Shown here: positions 52,988 to 64,000 of the stretch, piece after piece
Numbering within the stretch: the stretch's first letter is position 1
Layout: each line of letters begins with the position of its first letter
Origin: Lachnospiraceae bacterium
GTDB taxonomy: Bacteria > Bacillota > Clostridia > Lachnospirales > Lachnospiraceae
Assembly (NCBI GenBank): GCA_014804615.1
Contig: JAAUZL010000024.1
Location: 49,800 to 113,799, forward strand
Reading direction: 5' to 3'
DNA: 64,000 nt
Notes under the pieces: generated by a model
Databases searched by the model: none
Told to the model about the DNA's origin: nothing
What the model saw: the letters and a program-made list of their open reading frames with translations, nothing else
Made by a program: the position numbers and the translations under genes

Positions 52988-54622
52988 TCATTTCTTAACT
53001 TCTTCGAGAGTGCCGCTGATGTTTCGGATCGCAAACAACACAGCGATCATCAGCACGATACCCACCGGCAATGCGATCCAGGCATTCTGTACAAAGCCCG
53101 CCACGATATAGGTGACAAAGGATACCGCCGCCGCCGTGATCGCGTAAGGAAGCTGGGTGGAGACATGATTCACATGCTCACACTGAGCTCCCGCAGACGC
53201 CATGATCGTGGTATCCGAGATCGGAGAACAGTGGTCGCCGCAGACCGCACCCGCCATGCAGGCCGAGATCGAGATGATCATGAGCTGAGGGTTACTGTTC
53301 TGGAACACCGCCACCACAATAGGGATCAGGATACCGAAAGTACCCCAGGAAGTGCCGGTGGCAAAAGCCAGGAAACAGCCCACCAAAAAGATGATCGCCG
53401 GCAGGAAGTTCAACAGAGCGCCCGCGCTGGACTCCACAAGTCCTGCTACATACACGTCTGCGCCCAGACTGTCCGTCATCGCCTTCAAAGTCCATGCAAA
53501 GGTCAGGATCAAAATAGCCGGCACCATCGCCCGGAACCCCTCCGGAATCGAGTCCATGCAATCCTTAAAGGAAAGCACTCTGCGGATCTGGTAGAGTACA
53601 ATGGTGATGATCAGACCAAAAAAGCTGCCAAGCGTCAAGCCCAGGGAAGCATCGGAATTGGAAAATGCAGTCACAAAATCCTCTCCGGCAAAGAAGCCGC
53701 CCGTGTAGATCATACCGATCACACAGCAGATGATCAGCGCGATAATGGGAATCAGAAGATCGATCACACCGCCCTTGGTGCTGATCTGTTCCTCTTTTGC
53801 GTTCTCATAGGGTCTTCCCGGCGTGGTGTACAGGTCGCCCTTCACGGCATTCTGCTCATGAGTCTTCATCTTGCCAAACTCCGTCTTCATCAGCACCATG
53901 CCCACCATCATAACCACCGTCAGGATCGCATAATAATTGTAGGGAATCGCACGAATAAAGATGGAAAAGCCATCCTCACCCTCCACGAATCCGGTCACTG
54001 CCGCTGCCCAGGAGGAGATCGGTGCGATGATACACACCGGTGCCGCCGTAGCATCGATCAGATAAGCCAGCTTTGACCGGGACACTTTAAACTTGTCCGT
54101 CACAGGACGCATCACACTTCCCACCGTCAGACAGTTAAAGTAGTCGTCCACAAAGATCAGCACACCTAGGCAGATGGTGGCAAGCTGAGCCCCTACCCGG
54201 TTCTTGATCCTGCGGGATGCGAACTGTCCGAAGGCCGCCGAACCGCCCGCCTTGTTCATCAGGCTGACCATGGCTCCCAGAATCACCAAAAATACCAGAA
54301 TACCCACATTGTAGCTGTCGGACAACACGCCGATGATCCCGTCCTCAAAAATGTGGGTGATCGTCAGCTCAAACTGAAAACCCGAATACAGAAGAGCTCC
54401 CATCAGGATTCCCACAAACAGGGAACTGTAGACCTCCTTCGTGATCAGCGCAAGTCCGATCGCCACAATAGCAGGAACCAGCGCCCAGAAGGTTGCATGG
54501 AGGGCCGGCACATACTCGACCTCCTCCTCCGCCGCAAATACTGTGGTGGAAAATGCCAGCACCAGCAGAAGCACTGTCGGCAAAAACATGGCCCACCTCT
54601 TTTTCGTTCGTCTCATAACCAT
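52988..54622 (-). CDS. NhaC-family Na+/H+ antiporter
   Basis: Polytopic protein with ALVPAIVAIGLALITKEVYSSLFVGIL...SWGTFGILIPI. Start moved to M38 (AAAGGAGAA RBS). Confidence 0.75.
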   Translation of the reverse strand: MVMRRTKKRWAMFLPTVLLLVLAFSTTVFAAEEEVEYVPALHATFWALVPAIVAIGLALITKEVYSSLFVGILMGALLYSGFQFELTITHIFEDGIIGVLSDSYNVGILVFLVILGAMVSLMNKAGGSAAFGQFASRRIKNRVGAQLATICLGVLIFVDDYFNCLTVGSVMRPVTDKFKVSRSKLAYLIDATAAPVCIIAPISSWAAAVTGFVEGEDGFSIFIRAIPYNYYAILTVVMMVGMVLMKTEFGKMKTHEQNAVKGDLYTTPGRPYENAKEEQISTKGGVIDLLIPIIALIICCVIGMIYTGGFFAGEDFVTAFSNSDASLGLTLGSFFGLIITIVLYQIRRVLSFKDCMDSIPEGFRAMVPAILILTFAWTLKAMTDSLGADVYVAGLVESSAGALLNFLPAIIFLVGCFLAFATGTSWGTFGILIPIVVAVFQNSNPQLMIISISACMAGAVCGDHCSPISDTTIMASAGAQCEHVNHVSTQLPYAITAAAVSFVTYIVAGFVQNAWIALPVGIVLMIAVLFAIRNISGTLEEVKK

Positions 54623-54729
54623 TTCTCCTTTTTCGCACATTTTACATAACTGTAACGCTTTAGCACGCAAAAGCATTTTACCATGGATAGAGCAGAAAGA
54701 AAAGGGAAATTTTCCATTTATCGTTTGTC

Positions 54730-55524
54730 TCACAGCCGCGCTTCCATCAGACTGCCGGAGGCATAACGCCGCAGTCCTCTATAGAATACCGCCACTGCCG
54801 CCACAGACAGCAAACAGGCATATCCCGCCACAATAAAAAAGGTTCCTGCATCGAATTTGACTATCAGATGCACCGGATGCCAGACCGCTATTCCTACCGG
54901 AATGATAAAGTACAGCAAAAACCGGGAAACACCTTCAAAAATCCCGTCCGGATAAGTGCAAAAGCTGATCATACCCATGACCATCTGGTTTTCCAGCATA
55001 TCCATCCGTACGAACCAAAAAGACAGGCTCCCCAAAATCAGCGCAAAGGATATAAAAATGACCATACCCGTCACCGTAAACAACAGGAACAGGAGAAACT
55101 CTCCCACACCAAGCCCGCAGATACATGCAAGCGCCACCCCATAAATAAAATCGCCGATGGCCGAAACCGAGGTAGAAGAAGTCATCACACTGGCCAGTAC
55201 ATTTTTCGGCTGTACCAGATAGACGTCCAGCTTCCCTTTTATGATCAGCTCCGACAGGGAAAACGCTCTCGCAAACAGAATATGCGACAGCCCGAAAGAG
55301 GCGGCTGTCAGCCCCCACATCAAAAGGACTTCCCTTATCGTATAGCCCCCTACCTCCTCCCGCAGCCTAAACAGAATAAACCACTGTACCAGAATGGATG
55401 CATTGTTCAGGATCATGAAGCAGACATTGGTGAGAAATGTGACCTTATTTACCATCTCCCGCATAATATTATACTTAACGGAAAGCAGGCACACCCGCAA
55501 CTGGTTTCTAACCGCCGTTAACAT
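54730..55524 (-). CDS. ABC-2/DUF990-type transporter permease
   Basis: Six-TM protein, overlapping the upstream permease gene. COG3694/COG4587-like. Confidence 0.6.
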   Translation of the reverse strand: MLTAVRNQLRVCLLSVKYNIMREMVNKVTFLTNVCFMILNNASILVQWFILFRLREEVGGYTIREVLLMWGLTAASFGLSHILFARAFSLSELIIKGKLDVYLVQPKNVLASVMTSSTSVSAIGDFIYGVALACICGLGVGEFLLFLLFTVTGMVIFISFALILGSLSFWFVRMDMLENQMVMGMISFCTYPDGIFEGVSRFLLYFIIPVGIAVWHPVHLIVKFDAGTFFIVAGYACLLSVAAVAVFYRGLRRYASGSLMEARL

Positions 55525-56299
55525 ACAGTTTCTTAACCCCCTTTCTGTAAATCAGGAACATCAACCCGCAGCCTGCAGCCAGATACAAAACCTGTGCCGC
55601 CAGAATCTCCAGACACTTCTCCGGGCTGAAATCCACGATCAGCTTGGCCGGTCCATAGCACACCGTATAAATCGGCGTGATTTTAAATAACGGCTGCAAT
55701 TTATCTGGAAAAATTTCAATCGGAAAAATGATTCCCACCACCAGAATCAGCTTGTCATATAGCCACTGAAAAGGCGTCGCATCCTCAATCCAGAAAGAAA
55801 ACAGGCTGATACACATCTTAAACACCGCATTGATGGTAAGCCCCAGGATCACACACAGTGCCATTGCCCAGACTGTCGTCAGTCGAAAATGTGGCAGGGG
55901 CCCTACCATCACCATACCGATCACCACCGCCAGCGCCGCGTACATGGGCAGCCTGACACTCCACTCACCGGTGTACTTTGCCAAAATATACAACGTATAG
56001 TGGTAAGGTCTGTTCATCAGATAAGCAATATTGCCGCCCCGGATATCTCCTGCCACCTCTCTGGCCACAGACGCGGCGTTGGAACCGAAAAAAAGCATCT
56101 CCGTCATCATCACGTACCAGATCATCTGTTCCTTCGTATAACCCGCGATCAGCTCCTCCGGAGTCCGATACATATATCCCCAAAGTTTCACAAAAATAAA
56201 GATAAAGACAAAATAGCCCAAAAATCCCATTGCCACATTCGCCGCATACTGCAGGTTTTCCAGCAGAACGGATTGATAGATCACCATATACTTTCTCAT
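55508..56299 (-). CDS. ABC-2/DUF990-type transporter permease
   Basis: Polytopic protein, overlapping the ATPase gene by 4 nt. Confidence 0.6.
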   Translation of the reverse strand: MRKYMVIYQSVLLENLQYAANVAMGFLGYFVFIFIFVKLWGYMYRTPEELIAGYTKEQMIWYVMMTEMLFFGSNAASVAREVAGDIRGGNIAYLMNRPYHYTLYILAKYTGEWSVRLPMYAALAVVIGMVMVGPLPHFRLTTVWAMALCVILGLTINAVFKMCISLFSFWIEDATPFQWLYDKLILVVGIIFPIEIFPDKLQPLFKITPIYTVCYGPAKLIVDFSPEKCLEILAAQVLYLAAGCGLMFLIYRKGVKKLYVNGG

Positions 56300-57141
56300 A
56301 CTGCCGCCGTCCTTCCTTCTGCCTTGTAAACATCCATAATGATGTCCTCCAGAGATATGTCAGAGACGTCCGCATCTTCCATACCCTTCTCATACAGATA
56401 ATGCTCTTTCAGCCGCTCCATGGAATCATCCAGCACAATCTGCCCGGCGTTCACGATGATAATACGCCTGCAAAGCTTCTCAATGTCACCCACATCATGA
56501 CTGGTCAGGAAGATCGTGGTGTGCTCCTCCCGATTCATCTGCATGATCAGGGAACGGATATTTTCCTTCACCACCGGGTCTAAGCCGATCGTCGGCTCAT
56601 CCAGGAACAGCACCTTGGGCTTATGGATCAGGGACACCACGATCTCACAGCGGATCCGCTGCCCCAGAGATAAATTTCTGACAGGTGTGTCAATAAAATC
56701 TCCCAGTTCAAACCGCTGCGCCAGTTCCTCGATCCGAGCCTCCGTCTCCCTCTCTGAGAGATCATAGATAGCCCCGAAAAACCGAAAATTATCGTAGGGT
56801 GTCAAGTGTGTCCAGAGCTGTTCCTTCTGCCCGAACACCGTACCGATCTGATAGGCAAGCTGCTTTCTCTTTTTCGTCGGGTCGATCCCCAGCACCTCTA
56901 CCCTGCCGCCATCCGGATAGAGGATTCCCGTCAGCATCTTGATGGTAGTGCTCTTCCCTGCGCCGTTTGGGCCGATAAAAGCCAGCATCTCTCCCTCCTC
57001 CACCTGAAAAGAAACCCCGTTCACAGCCTGAATCTCCTCCGTCTGCGGATGCAGGATCGCTTTGATGCTGCCTGCCATACCCTTCTCCTTTTTCTTCACC
57101 CGAAATGTCTTCGATAAATTCTCCACTCTGATTGCCTGCAT
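56296..57141 (-). CDS. ABC transporter ATP-binding protein (COG4586-like)
   Basis: Walker A GPNGAGKSTT, signature LSLGQR and Walker B LFLDEPT. Start moved to M45 (GAGGAGGAGG RBS). Confidence 0.85.
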   Translation of the reverse strand: MQAIRVENLSKTFRVKKKEKGMAGSIKAILHPQTEEIQAVNGVSFQVEEGEMLAFIGPNGAGKSTTIKMLTGILYPDGGRVEVLGIDPTKKRKQLAYQIGTVFGQKEQLWTHLTPYDNFRFFGAIYDLSERETEARIEELAQRFELGDFIDTPVRNLSLGQRIRCEIVVSLIHKPKVLFLDEPTIGLDPVVKENIRSLIMQMNREEHTTIFLTSHDVGDIEKLCRRIIIVNAGQIVLDDSMERLKEHYLYEKGMEDADVSDISLEDIIMDVYKAEGRTAAV

Positions 57142-57164
57142 GATTGCCTCCTCCTCAATAACGC

Positions 57165-57212
57165 AAGAAAACCGCCTGTTCCATACACTTCCGTGTATTT
57201 CCCATGCGGTTC
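57165..57212 (-). terminator. terminator-like hairpin inside the ABC operon leader (possible attenuator)
   Basis: AACCGC..AUACAC-GGAA-GUGUAU..GCGGUU followed by UUUCUU. It ends about 25 nt before the ATPase RBS. Confidence 0.4.
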
Positions 57213-57297
57213 TCATTCCTATTTGAATCCTGATTCCCGCATAGCCAAATAAGACTTTCCGTCTTCCGGCCATGCGCTCGTGGGCTTTCCGCCACCC

Positions 57298-57375
57298 TCA
57301 GGCTGTGACCGTACTCTGAAAAATCTGCTGCATCCCCATAATGACCATAAACAGGACTCGGTTCTTGTTAAACAT
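57298..57375 (-). CDS. candidate 25-aa leader peptide / small hydrophobic protein
   Basis: AAGAGGAGA RBS 7 nt before the ATG. Peptide is MFNKNRVLFMVIMGMQQIFQSTVTA. Not in the ORF track because it is too short. Confidence 0.3.
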   Translation of the reverse strand: MFNKNRVLFMVIMGMQQIFQSTVTA

Positions 57376-57404
57376 ATTTCTGTCTCCTCTTGAAATTTTC
57401 AGAT

Positions 57405-57433
57405 AGCATATCACAGTCTTTTGAATCTGTCAA
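57405..57433 (-). promoter_or_regulatory. candidate sigma-A promoter for the small ORF and ABC operon
   Basis: TTGACA, 17 nt, TATGCT. Confidence 0.45.
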
Positions 57434-57452
57434 ACACTTATTTTCTATGTAC

Positions 57453-57833
57453 TTACAATCCCGCTTTCCCCTTAAGATACTCGATCCACTCTTTCCTCTT
57501 CATAATAGAACATTTATGTTTCACCGCCTTGCCGTTTTCAGGATTCTGGCAGATCACCATAATTCCCGTCGGAATCACAGGGATCAGACCACCCACATTG
57601 ACAGGCTTCAGCTCCTTGATATCGCTGTACTTAACGGCAAAGTTGCTGGCGCCCAGCAGACCGCCGACAAAGATAAATTTCTCATTCGTAAAGAAAAAGT
57701 TTCCTCTGGTCTGCGACATCATCTCCCACAGATCGCCCTTCGTATGTTCCATAATGTGGTCGTCCTCACTCATATACTCTGCCTCTCTCAGAGATTTCTC
57801 CCACTTGGCTACATCATTCGCATTCAATTTCAT
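57453..57833 (-). CDS. PH/GRAM-like domain protein
   Basis: RGNFFFTNEKFIFVGGLLG...VKYSDIKELKPV is a GRAM/bacterial PH-like pattern; 126 aa. Confidence 0.45.
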   Translation of the reverse strand: MKLNANDVAKWEKSLREAEYMSEDDHIMEHTKGDLWEMMSQTRGNFFFTNEKFIFVGGLLGASNFAVKYSDIKELKPVNVGGLIPVIPTGIMVICQNPENGKAVKHKCSIMKRKEWIEYLKGKAGL

Positions 57834-57863
57834 TTTCTTTCCATCCTTTCACTAAAAATATTT

Positions 57864-61094
<3,231 letters not shown>

Positions 61095-61153
61095 ACCCAT
61101 CCTCCGTTCTTCTGCCTTTATCACTTTCTGTTCTGTACTAGAAATAAGTATAC

Positions 61154-61186
61154 AAAAAAAACTGCATTTTAACAATGCAGTTTTTT
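61154..61186 (-). terminator. rho-independent terminator after the deacetylase gene (structurally bidirectional)
   Basis: A8-CTGCATT-TTAAC-AATGCAG-T6 on plus. On minus, the hairpin is followed by T8. Confidence 0.7.
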
Positions 61187-61203
61187 GAATCCGTACCATC
61201 TAT

Positions 61204-62220
61204 TTATTCTCCGGACACCTGTGTCCCGTCCGCTTTCATGTGGTACTTATCCTTGTAGATCAGCTCTGAGATCGGCACAAGCTCATATCCCTGATCCTGC
61301 AGCCCCGTGATCACAGCATCCAACGCATCCGCCGTGTACTTTGCTCCATTGTGCATCAGGATGATCGCGCCATTATTCAGCTTGTCGGACTCCACCACCC
61401 GCCTGACAATATCGTCCGCGCCATAGTCCTTCCAGTCCAGAGAATCGATCGACCACTGGATAGGATAGTAGCCGCACTTCTGCACATTTTTTATGACATG
61501 ATTGTCATAATCTCCGTAGGGAGGCCGGAACAGACACATCTCGTAGCCGGTCAGCTCCTGCACCTTGGTATGTACCTTTTGAATCTCTTCCTGACAGGCT
61601 TCGTCGGAGAGCTCTGACATGTTTTTATGATTCTCACTGTGATTGCCCAGATCGTGTCCGTCCGCCAGGATTGCCCGCACATCTTCGGGGTAGGACTCTA
61701 CCCAGCCACCGGTCATAAAGAAGGTCACCTTCACATTATGTTTCTTTAAAATATCCAGGATCCGACGCGTATCTTCATTTCCCCAGGCAGCATCGAAGCT
61801 TAGCGCCACCTGCTTTTTCTCTGTCTCCACACAATAGATTGGAAGCTCTCTTCCTCCCACAGAGCTGCTCACAGTGATGGAGTCGGGTAAAAAGCGCACC
61901 ACGCCCTGGATCAGAGCCACCGCCGCCAGAAGAAAAGCCGCCGATTTCGCCGTCTGCAGGATCACATTTTTAATAAACGTCTCCCTTTTATACTCCTCCT
62001 TGGTCTGCTGCCTCCCGGCAGCGCTCACGGAACCACAGTACTGCCCGCAGCCTCTCTGCCGCTCCCGCTCGGCGTTCCACGCCTCCACCTGCTCAGGTGC
62101 AGGCCAGACACCGTCCTTTCCGCGCCCCCCGCGTTCTCTTGGTATTTTATTTTCCAATTCTCCCAGGGCAAGCTTGATCTTGTCATTCCACTTTCCACTC
62201 CGCCTTCTTTTTCCAGCCAT
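61204..62220 (-). CDS. polysaccharide deacetylase (NodB homology domain), membrane anchored
   Basis: LSFDAAWGNEDT...VTFFMTGGW...GHDLGNHSENH...LMHNG. Charged N-terminus plus a TM helix. Confidence 0.8.
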   Translation of the reverse strand: MAGKRRRSGKWNDKIKLALGELENKIPRERGGRGKDGVWPAPEQVEAWNAERERQRGCGQYCGSVSAAGRQQTKEEYKRETFIKNVILQTAKSAAFLLAAVALIQGVVRFLPDSITVSSSVGGRELPIYCVETEKKQVALSFDAAWGNEDTRRILDILKKHNVKVTFFMTGGWVESYPEDVRAILADGHDLGNHSENHKNMSELSDEACQEEIQKVHTKVQELTGYEMCLFRPPYGDYDNHVIKNVQKCGYYPIQWSIDSLDWKDYGADDIVRRVVESDKLNNGAIILMHNGAKYTADALDAVITGLQDQGYELVPISELIYKDKYHMKADGTQVSGE

Positions 62221-62289
62221 ATGGATCTCCTGCGATTTGTTCTCCTTTCAATATATGCAGAAAATCACGGCCTCTTGTACTTTTCTTAT

Positions 62290-62319
62290 TTGATATGGAA
62301 AGGATAAGTTTTCTATGAT
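62290..62319 (+). promoter_or_regulatory. candidate sigma-A promoter
   Basis: TTGATA, 18 nt, TATGAT. Confidence 0.4.
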
Positions 62320-62369
62320 ATACTATCCCAATAATAGGTATGAATACACATAGGATGGAGGGTATTTTT

Positions 62370-62816
62370 ATGGAAGGTGAACACAAGAAGGGACTGAACG
62401 CGGAATTGATCGGAAATGATCTGGAAAACTGCTGCCGGGGCGAGGCCCAGTGCGGGCAATGCCGTCATAGCGCCTGCAATATCGGTTTCGCAAAGCAATG
62501 TATCGCAAACTATAAAAAGGCTCCCCAAAAAGAAGTTCCGGGCGGCACAAGCGGCATCCCCACCACGGATTTCCGTTTATTTGACGAAGCGGAATTAGAG
62601 ACTGCAATCGCGCATATCTTAAAAGAGTGCAAAGACTGTAAAGAAGATCACACCGAAAACTGCATTATCAACGTGATCCGCAACTGTTACGAAGTAAGTC
62701 TGTTAGGAGATCCGCACCCTTATGAGGGAAGCTCGCTGCAATACTTAATGTATCTGAAAGAAAACTTTCCCGACAAGGCCGCCTATATTGCGGACATTTA
62801 TGCAAGTTTATCCTAA
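62370..62816 (+). CDS. Cys-rich small cytoplasmic protein, function unknown
   Basis: Start set at M11 (GGAGGG RBS). Two Cys clusters: CC-x5-C-x2-C-x4-C and C-x2-C-x7-C. Confidence 0.5.
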   Translation: MEGEHKKGLNAELIGNDLENCCRGEAQCGQCRHSACNIGFAKQCIANYKKAPQKEVPGGTSGIPTTDFRLFDEAELETAIAHILKECKDCKEDHTENCIINVIRNCYEVSLLGDPHPYEGSSLQYLMYLKENFPDKAAYIADIYASLS

Positions 62817-62978
62817 AAGCAGAGATTTCATGATTTCCTGGTTTTTTTCAAAAAAATACCGCAAACCCCTTTACAAATCTGACAAAAAGACGAAATAATA
62901 GATAGAGGAATATCAGGCATCATGGAACAATGAAATCTTACATAAAAATGCTTTTGTAAATTCAAGGAGGAAAACAAC

Positions 62979-64000
62979 ATGGGCATTAATTTAACCGGTT
63001 TAAATTCAGGATTGGCAGATACCTATTCCAGTCTGTTGGGCAGCATGAGCGGTTCTGACGATGCCGGCGGAGTAAGCTCTCTGCTGGGCGATTACGCTGC
63101 CATCAAGAACGGCAGTTACGGCAAGATGATGAAATCCTATTACGCAAAGCTTGAAAAACAGGAGGCTGAGGAATCCGGCGAGACCAGCAAGTCTAAAGCC
63201 GGAAAAATCAAGGACAGCGCTTCCGCATCTGCGGCGGCATCCCTTTACAAATCCGCATCTGCGCTCGGTTCACTGAACTACGATGATCGCAGTGAGGAAA
63301 ATATCGGTAAGATCAGCGACGCTGTTTCCGCTTTTATCAAGGACTATAACAGTCTGATGAAGAGCGCGGACAAGAGCGAAAACGCTACGGTAAAGAAACA
63401 GGCAGAGTCCCTGTACAACTCTTACTACTCAAACTACAAGCTCTTTTCCAAGATCGGCATCACTATGAACTCCGATAAGACCCTCTCTCTTGACGAGGAT
63501 ACTCTGAAGAGCAAACTTGCCGATACAGAGCACGGAAACGGCGCTACGGTGAAAACATTGTTTGGCGGCATCGGTTCCTTTGCTGACAAGGCTGTCAACA
63601 AGGCAAGTTCGATCTACCGCGCTGCCAGCGGTGGCGATAGTGTCACCTCCTCAAAGGCAAAATATGCGGGCGTGGGCAGTTCTTCTAAGAGCAGTTCCAC
63701 CAGCAGCTCCTCTTCCACAAAGGATACGGACAAATCAAAGACTACGACGGATGCACAGGCGGCATCTGCAGCGAATACGCTCTACAAGTCTATCGAGAAG
63801 CTGGGCGCCATGACGATGGACAACGATAATAAGGGAAACCTCTACAAGGCCTTTTCCACTTTTATCAATGACTATAATGATCTGATCAACACGACCGACA
63901 AAAGCTCCAATTCCAGCGTGACTAATCAGGCCGGCTATCTGAAGAATATTGTGAGCAATAATAAGAGCGCACTCTCTCGACTTGGCGTCACGGTAAATTC
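62979..64000 (+). CDS. Ser/Lys-rich repeat protein with FliD-C-terminal-like modules; 3' end beyond the window
   Basis: My own translation, not in the track. RBS AAGGAGG at 62964..62970, ATG at 62979, open through 64000. MGINLTGLNSGLADTYSSLL... It has two homologous modules (..LYKSASALGS..FIKDYNSLMKSADKSEN..SKIGITMNSDKTLSLDEDTLKSKL.. and ..LYKSIEKLGA..FINDYNDLINTTDKSSN..SRLGVTVN..). Confidence 0.6.
   Translation, partial: MGINLTGLNSGLADTYSSLLGSMSGSDDAGGVSSLLGDYAAIKNGSYGKMMKSYYAKLEKQEAEESGETSKSKAGKIKDSASASAAASLYKSASALGSLNYDDRSEENIGKISDAVSAFIKDYNSLMKSADKSENATVKKQAESLYNSYYSNYKLFSKIGITMNSDKTLSLDEDTLKSKLADTEHGNGATVKTLFGGIGSFADKAVNKASSIYRAASGGDSVTSSKAKYAGVGSSSKSSSTSSSSSTKDTDKSKTTTDAQAASAANTLYKSIEKLGAMTMDNDNKGNLYKAFSTFINDYNDLINTTDKSSNSSVTNQAGYLKNIVSNNKSALSRLGVTVN

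Noticed and set aside
52976-54076. 366-aa plus-strand ORF rich in His/Arg/Asp
   Set aside because: It is antisense to the NhaC-family antiporter gene. Its low-complexity charged sequence is the mirror of a hydrophobic membrane protein coding frame.
54730-57141. ABC transporter as the missing Wzm/Wzt exporter of the glycan locus
   Set aside because: It is 30 kb away and separated by housekeeping genes. It has two DUF990-type permeases rather than a Wzm-type ABC-2 permease. Its ATPase also lacks a C-terminal carbohydrate-binding extension.
61095-61153. PyrR-type attenuator or other leader element upstream of carB
   Set aside because: There is no ARUCCAGAGAGG-like binding loop and no second hairpin. 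The only strong structure (61154..61186) is the terminator of the upstream gene.
62870-62896. Sigma-28/SigD-type promoter upstream of the FliD-like repeat protein
   Set aside because: The -10-like GACGAAAT matches GCCGATAT at only 6 of 8 positions. The element 15 nt upstream is TTTA, not TAAA. This is too weak to call.

Overview
The window looks like a Firmicutes/Clostridia-type chromosome segment. That is an inference from gene content: a T-box leader, GatCAB, DapL-type lysine synthesis, and glnA followed by an ANTAR regulator. Almost all genes are on the minus strand.

(1) 1-24.5 kb is one co-directional cell-surface glycan locus of about 25 ORFs. It holds two RgpF-type transferases, GT11, GT4 and GT2 transferases, and a DUF115/CstII-like candidate nonulosonate transferase. 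It also holds LicD, a LicC-like nucleotidyltransferase, a GDPD-like protein, a TagF-like protein and an IspD/TarI-like cytidylyltransferase plus SDR. A DegT/ATP-grasp/MBL/SDR cassette and a NeuB-like/KdsC-like/CMP-transferase branch are present too. The locus contains clear gene-decay relics. The core of the locus is visibly much more AT-rich than the rest of the window.

(2) 24.8-27.5 kb is a boundary region with an Rpn-family nuclease/transposase-like gene, an XRE regulator and a membrane protein.

(3) 27.5-64 kb is mostly housekeeping:
- T-box-controlled aspS-gatCAB, dapL-dapF, glnA plus an ANTAR regulator, nadE and hslO.
- An AT-rich single-gene AAA+/DUF4143 ATPase islet preceded by a duplicated palindrome-bearing 45-bp repeat.
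- A methyltransferase, a GH20/discoidin hexosaminidase, hisC, a GT2-TPR protein, an acyltransferase-3 protein, a lipoprotein and an NhaC-type antiporter.
- A DUF990-type ABC transporter with a possible leader-peptide attenuator.
- A lone carB, a polysaccharide deacetylase, a Cys-rich small protein, and a partial repeat protein with FliD-like modules.

I saw no rRNA, tRNA or CRISPR array. All homology calls come from reading motifs by eye; no database search was run.
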